A stretch of DNA of 64,000 nucleotides from Cycas panzhihuaensis (lineage: Eukaryota; Plantae; Cycadophyta). The translations under genes were made by a program, and so were the position numbers. The notes under the pieces are model-generated. The model was given only the letters and a program-made list of their open reading frames with translations. It was not told where the DNA came from and ran no database searches. Shown piece by piece: positions 1-13,020 of this stretch. The stretch's first letter is position 1, and each line of letters opens with the position of its first letter. The DNA is taken from the NCBI GenBank assembly GCA_023213395.1, contig CM041465.1, forward strand, positions 128,099,741-128,163,740, read 5' to 3'.

Positions 1-2230
1 ACTAACCATTTAAGATTCAATGTCCTATAAGTCATCCAATAGGATATAAAGTGATATTCAGATAGACATACTTCTCCCTCCCATCCTCTAAGGTTCCACA
101 GAATTGCCAAGCTACTTGAGCCCTTCTACCCATCCATATTAATCATATCAGCTCCTCTCTAGACTTTGTTCTTAATATTATCTCTATTAGCTACTTCTAA
201 TTTAGTTTCTTGGAGTAACAGGATATACAGATCTAGTTTAGCTCAAAAACCTCTAACCATTCTATATTTAAATGCGGTATTTATATCCCAAATATTCTAG
301 GAGGTAAGTTTTATAATTACACTACCTCCTTCTCCCTCAGGTCTCTTTATCTTTTATTTCTTAACCTAGGGCTAAGCCCTCCTCCATCCCTTAAAGTTCT
401 ATGACTACCTTGGTCTATATGTGAGGCTGCCTCCCTTCTGCACAACAACCTTAGAAGGGGCCTACCAACCCTCCTTTCAATCCCAAAATCTGAGCCTTTG
501 GCATATTCTAGGTACTTAGATTCCTCTTAGTTCCCTTTGTCTCTAATTTTCCAAACCCTCTCAAGTCTACCTTGCTCCTCCCATCTATCTATAGAGGTTG
601 GATCTTTATTTTGGGGAGTGGCCTTCTCCTCTATTTGGGTCTCCTTATCCTTCTTGGCAAGTTTAATCTCTTCCATTTGAGTATAATGATGGGTTGGAAT
701 AGGACTCATCCTATCCCTTTCCCTCCCTTCTTCCTCCCCCTCTTTGAGGGTATCCTCCTCATCTAAGTCAAGCTCCTTTTTAGCATCTATTTAATCTTCT
801 TTTATCCTCTTCCTCTCATCAGGATCTCGTAGATGGCCATCTTACTTATCAATGTTCTCACCCAAATCACCCTCATGAGCCGCCTTAGACTCCTTCTTTG
901 ATTCTCCAGGTTAGTTTTGAGAGAGGTGACCTAGACACTTACAAGTTATATATATAATATTTTCAAGTTCATACATCAAATTTTAGACTCTGCTTCATTC
1001 TTCTCCCTCAATTTTCATTTGGTTGGGGAGAGGTCTATCTAATCTGGCCTAAGTACAAAATCTTGCATTCACTAGCCTGTTCTTGTTCTTAGTGATTGAA
1101 TCCACTATTAGAAGAGGATCAATAACCTTGACTATCCTTTTTATGGCATCCAAGTCCTAAGCTTATAATGACAAGCCAAGGAGTTAAACCCAAAGAGGGA
1201 TTTGCTTAATATATCCCTCAGCCAGATCGAAATCTAAATGTTATTTCTTTATGAGGGCTGCTTTCCTCCCTATCATCTAGGGCGATTTGAATAGGATGCT
1301 TATCATGTCTTCTTTATACATGAATTTAAAAAGTATGAATCCCTTTAGGAGTGCTATGACCTCCATCATCCCTTTGAGTTTCTATCTTTGGCCCACATAT
1401 TTCCTGATAGGGTCCACTCCAGGTCTGGATCCTAAGAAGCACCCTACTAAGCAATTCTCCTAGTACCTCTCCATGTGATCAGACAATATCTTTGGGATAG
1501 TTATTCTGATCATATCCTCATTCATATTGGGGTTTATGTCAAAGGATTCTCCTTCTTTTCCATTTTTCAAGGCATCTAGATATAATTTTTCTTTGTTTAG
1601 ATTATGGATCTAGTTAGGGTTTTGAGTTTGTTTGTGATACTAGTCCTAACTAGATTCTTGACTATTATCCATATTTGAAAAGCCTAAAATTTCCTCCATT
1701 ATAAAAATACTTTAGGTAATAAATTTAACATACTACTAAGGTCAAAATAAAATTCCTCACTAAACAAAGCATGAAAACCTCCTCTTTTCTCCATACACCT
1801 CTAGGAGACATGATTCCTCAAGCTTCCTTCTAAAAAGACTTCTTGGCGGTGTGCCTCATAGATTCCGCTCATAAGTAAGCATTCAATAGGGCCTGCTTCT
1901 CATTACCCTACCATAGGGATGCCTACTTCCTCACACCCATCATAAAGCTTTCCTCAACTTCAAGGCTAGCACAAGGACCATCCGGTGACCTAGGACAGTG
2001 TCCTCTTCTCTGTTGGAGCCACACTGCCCCCCTCCGTGAGCCTCCTTGATACCCATTGTCCATGGCTTATAGGCAATCTCCCTTTGTACATTTGGGCCTA
2101 GTCTACATCCTAGTCAGGGCCTGACTGCACCCTTATGCCCATTGAGGAGACCTTCATCTCTAGTAAGATAATCTAGAGGTCTTAGTGCTGGTTGTTGCCA
2201 CCACTGAGCAAAATCCTAACAGAGCTTTCT
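1..2230 (-). mobile_element. Degenerate L1-type LINE, 5' portion (ORF1 with DUF4283-like region and zinc knuckle; start of ORF2 endonuclease), truncated by window edge
   Basis: Minus-strand translation gives ENCLVGCFLGSRPGVDPIRKYV and GFILFKF (~1320-1460), knuckle ITCKCLGHLSQN (~910-950), and endonuclease motifs KLTS*NI..IN, LLLQETK, GSSSLAILWN (~90-320). Many stops. The 5' end is approximate. Confidence 0.85.
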
Positions 2231-2517
2231 TCATATGATCCACTATAACTATGTTAGATATGGAAAATATTTTCATCTCATGTTTTTAGATGATTATTAT
2301 TATATATCTTGATTGGTTATACCGCCATCTTATTTATAAGCTCTTGTTCTATTTAGAATGAGCCATGTTGTTTTAATCTAAAGAAATACTTTGATCCTAT
2401 ATAAAAATAAAATTAACAAAAAATAATAATGTATAAATTAAAAAAAGAATAAACAAACACTAAGATCATAATGGTATCCTTAAGGTACCTTAACTTGGGT
2501 TTAGACCATATGAACAT

Positions 2518-4012
2518 TATTGCAACAATATGTTAATATAATACAATGAGTGTGTATTTATAATGCACGATTTCACTATGCATGAGACACACCATAAAAT
2601 ATCTATATCATAATAAAATTAATTACAAAAATATGTATTATAACTTTGTCTCATAAAGCAAGAACTAAGTTATTCTAACACTCCCCTATAATGCATGTTT
2701 AAGACATAGATATTGCATTCAATTTATAATTCTTAATCTTTAGAAACATCTTTAAAATTATATTTGAAACTTAGTCTTCAATTTGATCTTCAACTTGCCT
2801 TTGTTGTATCAACACTTGAATGTAAAAATGAAGTTTGATCTTGATATACTTCATTGTTCTTTGTAAAACTAAGTTCTTCATCATCTATATAATATCTTGA
2901 TTATCATATTGAGTCTCTATAAGTTCATTCTAATTTTGATATAGATATTATAGTATCTCTCTGAAATAAACTATTTCATGAACTTCTACTTTATCTTCTT
3001 TGTATTTTTATTTAGATTTATCATTTAAAATAACTTGAGATTCTAAATGATGAACCTAAATTAAAATATTATCATTCTTTTATCAAAATTTAGATTAAGA
3101 ATACCTCTTAGATCAAGGCTAATTATCATAATCTATTTACCTTCATCAACTTATAGATTCATCTTATTATTTAAATAATCATAGTCATCTTTCAAAAGTT
3201 GTATACTCAAATTTAAATCAATATTTAAAGTAAAAATTTCATTTGAATTTAGATCATTAATAACATTAATAGATATAACTAAATTTTATTTATATTTAAC
3301 TTTAAATATATCTCCTTTTAGGTAACAACGATATTTATAAAAATGAACAAAGAAACTTCATCATCTTGAATTACTTAATCACAATAATTAGTAGATTCTT
3401 TACATCCAATTATAGTAATAGGTTTATCACACTCAACATACTCAATAATAATAGTCCCATCAATGGTCTCATTAGTTTCAATAATGTATTCAACTATAGT
3501 ATCTTCATAATTAGTAGTAAATTCGTCAAAGATGTTTTAAACCTTGTTCTTCTTTTATTGACATACCTTTTCTTCATAAATTTTAGATCTTTAGCATACA
3601 AGGACTTTTACATTTTCTTGAGAATTACTTATAATATTACCTTAAGACTTTGGTCTTCTAAAATGAATAAATAGGATGATATGTTCATCAACCTTTTCAA
3701 ACTTATTTTTTGTCTTAAAAAATTGTTGCCTTTCTTTGAATGACTTGACATCTGAAGCATAAATAGATTTTAACATATCTCATACTTCTTTTAAAGTAGC
3801 AACATGATGTATATAAGTGTATATATTCCTTTCCAAAGTAGAGAAGATGTAATTATATGCTTCAACATCTTTCTCTAAAAGTTTTATCAATTTCTAGTCT
3901 TGATTAGGTGTTAATTCACTTTTAGGATAAATTGGTTTTGGAGCTTGTATCCTTTAGTAATAGTATCTCATAATTGTTTAACTTCCAAAATAGGTTTTAT
4001 TCTTCTTAACCA
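2518..4012 (-). mobile_element. Old, internally deleted Ty1/copia remnant (short LTR 2518-2680, PPT, gag-like remains)
   Basis: LTR-like block ending ...TTCTAACA is followed by CTCCCC (reverse-complement PPT). Gag/UBN2-like LWKGIYTY..VATLKEV*DML lies near 3780-3840. Duplicated at 19516 onward. Confidence 0.6.
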
Positions 4013-4975
4013 TATAAAATGATTTACTTAACTCATACCAGGCTTGATATTACTTATGCTATTGAATTGGTATCTCATTATATACAGAGTCTCCAAGAAC
4101 CTCATTACATTACTGTAAAGAGAATTCTAGAGTATATTAAGGGAATATTTAATCTTGGCCTTGAATACCTTCATGGTGGAGAGGCAAACTTACATGGGAT
4201 ATATCGATGTAGATTCAGTTAAAATTACAAAAGATAGAAAATCAACTGTAAGATTCATTTTTCGTATTGACAATGGGTTTGTATCATGGTAATCCAAAAA
4301 ATAATCCACAATTGCATTGTCTTCTACACAAGTTAAGTATCAAGAACTAAGCGTAAGTGTAAGGGAAGCTATATGATTATAAGGACTTTTAGAGACTCTT
4401 GGAATATCTTTTAGTACACCTATTATATACATTAATAATTATAGTACTATTTGACTTTTAAAGAATCTAAAATATCATGCATATATGAAGCACATTGAGA
4501 TTTAACACCACTACATCCATGGACATATTAGATCAGGGAAGTCGTAGGTTGAATTTTATCCAAATAAAGAATAACTAATAAATGTATTTACCAAAGCTCT
4601 AAATAAAAACAACTTCCTCAAGATTTGTACAAATTTATAGTAAGAGGAGATATTAGAATGGTATCTTATCCATTTAACCTAACTAATATTACTGTGGCTA
4701 ATATATGTGCAAACATTGTCATGGTATAATAATATATTATAATTTATTATTAAATGGGTTGATAGACGTAATACATATGTAATATGTAAGGCACTTATGG
4801 ATCTATTTAAAGGGATCTAAAGTTCATTATACTTTACACTTTTATATCAATGCAATCCATATTTTTTATAGGGAATTTTTACCACAAGGTTTTTCATGTC
4901 AATTCTAAATTATGTGCATGTTTATTTCATGCTTATTGTATACATAAATGATCTATTTATCTATGATTTCTAACA
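4013..4975 (+). mobile_element. Ty1/copia 3' fragment (RT end, RNase H, PPT, 3' LTR 4651-4975)
   Basis: ORF 4019-4222 IYLTHTRLDITYAIELVS...KRILEYIKG. Downstream MKHIEI..HYI and VFTKAL motifs. Purine tract AAGAGGAGA, then an LTR ending TTCTAACA. Same family as 56570-59377. Confidence 0.85.
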
Positions 4976-6600
4976 AATATTATACACATTCTCTAAGTTC
5001 CATCCTTTTAGGGCACCTAAACTATTAATAATCTATAAGAAGATGCATTGAGTCTAATATAACCTTTGCTCATTAGATTTTAGATCTATTTCTTGCTTTC
5101 TACATCCAGTATCAATGTTTTATATAATAAAGTGTTTGGTATAGAAAATCTTGGTAGCAACTTGATGTTATATAAAATACATCTTTTATGAGATAACCTT
5201 ATATGTTCCTTGAAGAAATTTCCATATCTTATTAATAAATTATTCAATTCCCCTTACAACTACTCTATTTTGATGGTAATAATAAAGGATCCCTTTTCAA
5301 CCTTCTTATCTTCGTTTATTAGCTTAATTACTAATAAAACGTTTTTGTCATTTACACCAAGTGCTTGGCTCATTTTGTAGATATGAGTGACATTGATGTA
5401 GGTATTTTAAACCATTGATTGAGTAGTCTTTACAATCTTTAATAAGTCTATATTAGTTTAATCTCCTTCAATAAATACAATCATTATACTAAAGGCATAG
5501 ATTTCCACATATAACTCATAAATATCATAATATAATATAACAATAATATAATCTATTTCATATATGGAATCATGATATAATCTATTTCATTGATGTATAA
5601 GGATGAGATGGTGAACTTGAATTAGCACTATCTATAATGGTTTTCACATCCATTATCTATAGTTTTATAAGGATATAAAATGAAATGCCAAAGAAATAGA
5701 AAGGAAGCCAAAGGAAAGCTAAGCAATTGAGGTATTCTTTAATGAAGAATGTGAATTTGGTAATTGGTAATTGATTAACCTTTGCATAAAGAAATAGGCA
5801 CTATTTATTCAAAAAGAGGGCACAATCCTTCATATTTACCTCTATTAAACACCATGGCATTATCATTAACCATAATGCTAATGCACTTATTAATCATTAT
5901 ATAGACTATTGATTTTGGTGTTCTCTTAAACATAGTGCTATACATATATGATGGTATTACAACTAACCTTAACTTGACTAGTATCACTTATTTGCTTTGT
6001 AGGTATAAGACATGTTGTATTCCCTTCACCTTTAAGATATAGTTATAATAAAGCATTAATAGAAATGTAGAAGATACATATTACCACCACCTATTGCTAC
6101 TGGGACTTACAAGGTCGATGCTTCATCCTTGTGCCAAAATATAGAAACTATTATTATACATACTAATAAAGGAAATTGATATTGCTTATACATTGGTGGA
6201 TTTCTTGCCTTAAGAATTTTACTTTGATATTACATCAACATATATTAGTTATGAAAAATAAGATGGGCTTGTAGGGGAGAAGGACCGGTATTGTCATGAA
6301 AGATTTATCTTGATTCTTATATTCATTCTGAAGAGGACCTTTATTTAATGTGGGTAATAATATAGGATGCTATTAGTAAAATACAAGCCTCAAGGTCTTC
6401 AATAATAATGAATAAAATATGAGATATGATTGTCTTTCTTTCCTCTCCCGAGGGAGCCTTTAAGTTATAAAGATAATCACTAGGATGTTCTTACTTCGAA
6501 TAGAAATTTCATCTTTAATATGTTGTTAAAGTTAGAATGAAGTCATTATGTCCACTACATGAGGCCATCTTCCAAATGCATATGAACCTCTATGATCTTG
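4976..6600 (-). mobile_element. Highly decayed Ty3/gypsy gag-pol remnant (copy A)
   Basis: Homologous to 24508-25830, which is contiguous with a recognisable gypsy RT in copy B. Confidence 0.5.
5640..6015. repeat. Unclassified dispersed repeat (~350-400 bp). Further copies at ~7905-8280, 25130-25475, 40100-40460; inverted copies at ~15535-16390 (split by solo LTR) and 56095-56280
   Basis: Shared core ACTACAACTAACCTTAA...CATATTGCTATACACA and GGATATGAAATGAAAAGCCAAA. The short ORFs 5805-5987, 25264-25449 and 40182-40433 are mutually similar. Confidence 0.75.
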
Positions 6601-9470
6601 TCATGCTTATTCTTGAATTTGACTTCTTAGAAAAATACTAATAGGGTTACATTCTACACATTAAAATTAATAAAACCATGAATACTAAAGCAAAATGTTT
6701 TTCTTTTATCCTTCTTTTTAACTTAACAAAATAAATCAAGTACTATAACTACAAGATTAATGGCTTACTAGCCAATATCTGAACAACCTCAAAATTAAGC
6801 TTAATAATTTCAAAAATATAATATTAGTCATCCTAATATTCTAAGGCCCAATTTTAAACTTTAAAATTAAGTACAAAATAGCTCTAAAAGGGATCATATA
6901 ATAGCTCAAATCAAAACTTAATAGAATGTAGATTCTAATGGTTTAAACATATTTAAATTATGACACCATATGAAAGAGTTATGGCAAAAGATGTATAAGT
7001 ATATACTAAAACTTTAAGATGGCTTTTTAATGTAGGTTTTAACCCCTTCTCAAAGTAAACCTATTCATTTTATGTTATGCATGTGACCACCTATTAATTG
7101 TTAGGAGGACTAAATAGACTTTAGAAACTTATACAATTGAATGTAATTAATCTCAACATTAGAAAAAATAAAATTTCTCCAAAAAAATTGTTCATATCAT
7201 AGTGCAGACTTCTTGATAGTAGTTGCAATGATTTTAGTAAGATAAAGGGAAAATTTGAAGCAAAATGAGTAATCAAAGAGCTAATCTAATAAGATAAGTA
7301 TCTACAATTAGACCAATACTATGTATGCATTAGGGATTAGCAAAGCTCACAAAATGTAATGAAAGTATCACAAAAGCTTTTAGATAATGCATAAGCTACT
7401 ATAACTATGGAGAGGGTTGTAGATATCATGCAAAATGTCAAAGTGTATGCAAGGGGTCATTGAATGCTAAATCTATCCATAGATGAATTAGGAGGATTGT
7501 GAAGATCTATTCAGTAGCAAAACCTTTAGAAGATGATCACCCAAATCACGATTGAACCTTAAGAACAATATCGCAACTCTTTGTGTTAAAATTCTTCCTT
7601 ATTTTAAACCATGTAGACATTAAATGGCCATAACAGACTCATCAATACTATAGGTAGCCAAAACACATCAAAAGATTGCATTAAGATAAAAAGATAAGAT
7701 AATGGATAAGTTGTACCGTCCTCTTGAGATGATAAAGCTTTCTAGATTAAATGTTGAAAGAAACATTAATTCCCAAAAATATGTTTAGGACCTACAACAA
7801 GTGAGAAACCATGATGGATTTTTTCAAGAGTTGTTGATGGTGAGAAGTTGAAACATAAAGTATAGGTTCAAGCTAAGATCACCAAAACTAATTCCACTTG
7901 TAATGGTTCTTGCATATGTTGCTTATAGTTCTATAAGGATATGAAATGAAAAGCCAAACAAATAAAAAGGATGTTAAAGCAAAGTTAAGCAATTGAGTTA
8001 TTCTTTAATAAAGGATATGAATTTGGCAATTAATAATCAATTAACCTTTACACAAAGAAGGAGGTAGTATTTATGCAAAAAGAGTGTATAACCTTTTAAA
8101 TTTGCCTTCACTAGATGCTGTGCCACTATTATTAACCTTACTGCTAATGCATTTATTAATCATTATGTAGACTATTAGTCTTTATGCATTTTTAAACATA
8201 TTGCTATACACACATGATGCTACTACAACTAACCTTAGTCTAACTAATTTCATATATTTACTATATAATTGTGAGACATACTTCAATAACATTGTTGGTT
8301 CATGTTTTTGCCATCTAAATCTTTTATGATATCATCACTTGGAATATTTTTATTTCAAGCATAAACATTAATGGCTATAGATAATGCATATGATCATATA
8401 AATAATAAATATGCTATTCTTAAATTACATCTATCTTTCTGATTTTGGGCCTCACCCTAAATTAAGTATGATTTTTCTCTCACATATTAAATATATATAA
8501 ATTACTTATCATTTATATTTTGCTAGATTTGATTGCTTATACTTGCTTGTCATTTTATCTTACGTTATATTTTGACTAAACATTTGTTTCTCTATATTGC
8601 ATCCCTGCTTGTCGATGGTGGAAATGAAATCCGTTCCTCTATAATAACTCATGTTATAGAGGCACAACTTTGGAGACTAAATCAACACTTGTGATGTGAT
8701 TTCTATGATACATCTAATTTGAAAAATCTCAATGTTTCTTTATAAATAAAAACGACTCGCTAAGTTGGTTTGAGAAATAGGTTGGTAAATGGTTAAGTCT
8801 AATTAAGTGTTTAGATTTTTCCAAATTCGTTTCCACTTTAATATATCATCGAAATCCAAATAGATGTGAAATTGGGTCTCAATAAAATTCACAAAAGATG
8901 CTCTATGTAAAACATACAAAATCTCTTTGCATCTAGCACATTGTAAACTACCACTAATGTCTAAATGGAATCCTATGTCTACTATTCACTATCCTAGCAC
9001 CTTTTAAATGCCTCATACATATCCCTAATTAAGCTATTAATGAGTTATTTGTGGAATAGCCTCTATGAGAAAAACAATGGTAAGAGTGGCTTGGATTGTA
9101 GGTTATCTTCCCAAAAAAGAGGGGTGGTGGAAGGGATATGTTGCAGGTCATCGATCTCAAAACTCAATACAAATGAATATCCAAATTATTTATGGGCAAT
9201 CACTCACATCCCACTACCACGTTTGGATGATATTATCACACATTAAAAGGCTATAAATCCGTTTAGTTACCAACTCTTGAACATCCATATCATCCTCACT
9301 AAGAGACCACCTAGCCACCGGTCGTATCCTCTTTAAGCAAAGTTTGAAAGAATTCAGCGTAATCGGAAGATCCGCATGAGGCTGGGTATAACATTAATTT
9401 GTAGTAATAAGAAATGAACCGTCATATCCACTCATCAGTTGTGTGATATTAACAGATGATTTATTTGTTG

Positions 9471-9800
9471 TTAGCAAATGGGGAGGATAGAACCCTTTGT
9501 ATAGGACATATTAACATGAAGACGGCGACCGCGTTGCATGCGTTCAAGGTTGAAATGTTTGCTGAAAATAGGACATCCTCCATATGGGAACCTCTGTAAG
9601 CTCCTCCTCTCTTCATCTACCCTAATCGGAGGGTTTCTAATGGATTTTGGTCTTTCGCGATTTCTGGCGGTGTTGTTGTTGTATTCCTGTATTGCACGCT
9701 GGAGCTGTATGGCTCTACTCTGGACCACATCTATTACAATTCTTCTGTCCCCTGAAATTTTCTGTCTGGTTACTCTAATTTCTTCAACCTCGTCTGCCAT
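9471..9800 (-). CDS. Small basic protein of unknown family, candidate peptide precursor (109 aa, MADEVEEIRV...RRSLQRFPYGGCPIF...MSYTKGSILPIC)
   Basis: Open ORF whose ATG sits in a good plant context (cgaATGGCA) and is conserved in the paralogue. TATAAATA lies ~135 bp upstream. Located in a CpG-retaining island amid CpG-depleted TE DNA. C-terminal 10 codons differ from the paralogue only synonymously. An upstream in-frame ATG (9833) exists only in this copy. Confidence 0.55.
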   Translation of the reverse strand: MADEVEEIRVTRQKISGDRRIVIDVVQSRAIQLQRAIQEYNNNTARNRERPKSIRNPPIRVDEERRSLQRFPYGGCPIFSKHFNLERMQRGRRLHVNMSYTKGSILPIC

Positions 9801-9934
9801 TCGTCCACGTCCTATTTGTTTGCCGCCAGACATTATATTTTTCCTGCTTTCTCACTTTCTGTATTCCCAACAATTAATTAATAATATACAATCACGTCTC
9901 TCGTACTATTTCACTATTCCACCTCTCGCATTTG

Positions 9935-9942
9935 TATTTATA
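9935..9942 (-). promoter_or_regulatory. TATA box (TATAAATA) of the small gene, copy A
   Basis: Plus-strand TATTTATA, conserved at 42071-42078, correctly oriented upstream of the ORF. Confidence 0.6.
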
Positions 9943-10929
9943 TTCTTACGTTACCTGTCGTAGAAAACGTCGTCTGGATCACAGAGCGTCGTATTCTTCC
10001 ATATCGTTTTGAGCGTTAATCAAATGCAGACAATTAATGCGTATCAAGGAATAAAGTAAGGTAGTCAGCTCTTTATCCGGCGTGACAGAGATCTCTTTTG
10101 TTCTTTTTTTTGTGGTATAGTCGAGATCGCTAATCGCTAATGGGTTTGCTTGCAATTCTGCGCATCCAAAATATCCTAAGCGGGGGTCGATACTTCGCTT
10201 AATATCTTCCCTCTACATACAACCACCGAGTGTCTTTCCTGGTTAACGTAACATACCAAGGTGACGACGAAAGAGAGGCCATGTTCCAAGCCTCATGTCC
10301 CACATGAGAAGGGAGCACAAACTACAATTAGGACCACCATTATGAAGCGTCCAATGATCCATCTTACAAATAGAATCTAGCACACAAGGGATGCTACATC
10401 AAACACCATTAGACCTTTCTTACTTTTCCATTATGTACATGTCCCATGTAGCTGTAGGGAGAGGCTCCCTTAGGAACAAAAGAAATTACCAAAAAATTGA
10501 ATGATCTTACCATAATTGAACTTAAGATGATGTATTAATCTGCCTTGAAGTAACCCTTGTAGTGATAAAGATGTATCAATCTGTAGTGATAAAGATGTAT
10601 TAATTTATAAAACAGAAATAAATTTGTTGTCACAAATAACTATGCTTCATTTGGATTCCATAAAGAATCCATTGTAGTGATAAAGATGTATTAACTATCA
10701 GCAAGGGATGTCCAAATTTTTATAATTTTGCCTTTTGCAAAATATTGCTATGATTGCTAAAATGGCAATCTAATGAGATTCTAATTGCTTGTTTGTTAAG
10801 TTGAAGATATGAGTATTTACAAAGTGATAATCCAATATCTTCAAGATATGAGTATCTACAAAAATATAGTCTAATAATTATCTTCCTTATGGAAGAGATA
10901 TACCTTGAATTTTACTTTTTGTTTTGACT

Positions 10930-11560
10930 AACTCTAGAGGAGACCCATGTCCATAAATTTCTAGGACATAAAGGTAATGTGCAAGGGTAAGCTTCTCTTA
11001 TGGATCTCTATAATCTTATTGGATCAACAAGGGCTACATTAACTATGACATGTGTCAAATCACTTTGAAAGGGTGACATGATATGTCTACAACATACGAG
11101 ATTAAAGTTAATCCACTCTATACCCTCCCATGTCACGATTAGATTTTCAAGAATTTTATGCCCTTTAATGTCCCTCAACATTTTTACTAGTGTCAAGCAT
11201 TCTCTATTGTAACTAATGAAATCCTTCTAGCTAATGACTTAGAGAATTTTTATATGATACATTGAGCAAAGTGATAGACCACCATCTTAATGTGGAGTCT
11301 TTATTTGATTCTTTTGGGATGAATATGATGGTATCCTTTTAGGATGAATATGAATTGGATGTAATGTTGAGCTCTCACATGGTGCTATAAAAATTATGTC
11401 CATCTTTAAATCTATTAATCTCAAGATGTATTGATTATGAGAATTTTATTGAATATTAGGGGGATGAATCCAATCATAAGCTTTAATATGTATCTAGCCA
11501 TACATAATATTGCTCAACACAATTATTAAGGTTCACTACCATCACTTTGTCCCACACTTC
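10930..11560 (-). mobile_element. LINE reverse-transcriptase fragment(s), decayed (paralogue ~43320-43950)
   Basis: GHKILENLIVTWEGIEW (GRQILDN-like), frameshifted WLD..KAYDWI, and PIRL*RSIR (RGLRQG-like) motifs. Confidence 0.65.
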
Positions 11561-12199
11561 TTTAGTGTTTATTCAACCACATTACTTCCTCAATGTAATA
11601 TCATATTCAAGCATATCAATAAGCTGACTTGGCAACATATGACTCAATTAATTTTTGTTTCTTAAAATGCCATTGTTATCTTGATGTCGATCTATATTGT
11701 TAATGATCATCAACATCAAATACTGAGACTAAAACTTTGACTACCTCATAATGTTATTCATTGACTTATACTTGGCTTTGTCAACATGGTTGATTTCATA
11801 TGCTTGGCATTGACATCACCAATTTTGCCAACATCAACTTCATCGATTTGACATCACATAAATTTTTAAACTCTGTCATCATCAATTTCAACTCAACATT
11901 GTCAACTTATCAACTCTAGACATCTTCATCTACTTGTTTGACATTAATATATAATTTATTTACATCAACATTGGCTCAACTTTTCAATGTTTACTTAATA
12001 TTGAAAGTTTCATCTTTTATTTTATCAATGGCCTTGAATCTCTACCACTATTATTTAAATGGAACCTCATTGATACTTTTATTGAATTTTTAGTGTTAGT
12101 TTCTATAGTATACTGTAATATTTTGTTCTAAAAAGCCATGACATTGTCCATCTCAAGGTTAATACAAACACTAGTATTTCTAATAAAGGCACCTTTATT

Positions 12200-13020
12200 A
12201 TAATTTTATGCTTCTTTAATAATTGATTAGAAACTAATTTAGGCACTCACAATGATGTATTATGTCTTCCATTTGAACACCAGATATTGCTTACCATGCC
12301 CCTATTTCACACAAAGTCATAGATGTACATGTTGCTTATTTTGTAATCTTTAACATATACATGTTAAGGCATTGGCATCTTCAAGTTTGATTCTTAAGAA
12401 ATTATCTGTCCACTATACATCATCTTGAATATTCATCTAATGGTGTTCAAGTATATAAACTATTGTTGAAAAGGATTAGTCATGGCAAGAAAGACCTTGA
12501 TCTTTATTTACATAACCTCTTGTAATTATTCTCATATTCTGTTTCTATAATCACATCTTTATTATACTTAAACCAACATTACTTAATTCTTCTTAACAAA
12601 TGACAAAGGTATGCATGTGGTCCTAATACTATCATTTATTTAACCATAAGGCATTGGAATCAATGGAGATCCTTATAGTTCTTATATCAACAATGGTGCT
12701 AAATGTTAGCAACTCTAGGAAAATAATGCTTCAATCAACCTCCAACATGTCGTTGTAGGAAAGGGACAACATTCACAAGGAGGAAATATAGACACAAAAA
12801 GACATAAAGATGCGCAGTAATATTGTCATGTTATTAACAAAGGTGATTACATGGTCAATTAAGCAATGGAGGATGCCAACCTTGAGTCAATGCATCAACC
12901 TCTAATGGTAAATCCTCATAATACACATCTACACTCTAATGTCTCTCTCACATAACATATTTATACATCACATTAGGTAGTTTATCAACCCAACTAATTC
13001 TCACATTAATTCTCCCTTTT
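12200..13020 (-). mobile_element. Decayed copia integrase fragment plus LTR-like segment (paralogue ~44600-45420)
   Basis: KLEDANALTCMYV resembles the copia KLD..S..C.FVGY motif. A TGTAGG...CTCACA block is followed by a pyrimidine tract. Confidence 0.4.

Noticed and set aside
3366-3674. ORFs 3366-3674 and 20335-20556
   Set aside because: Antisense frames of the decayed copia gag remnant.
9560-9775. Possible intron in the small gene (GTAACC/GTAAGC donor, TTTTCAG/TTTGTAG acceptor)
   Set aside because: The intervening sequence is purine-rich rather than U-rich and is open in copy A. Not supportable without cDNA.
9538-9963. 141-aa hydrophobic plus-strand ORF
   Set aside because: Antisense shadow of the purine-rich minus ORF. 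Its ATG is absent in copy B, and the TATA points the other way.
10080-10100. TGACAGAG resembling the start of miR156
   Set aside because: Only a short match, not conserved in copy B, and no hairpin partner seen.
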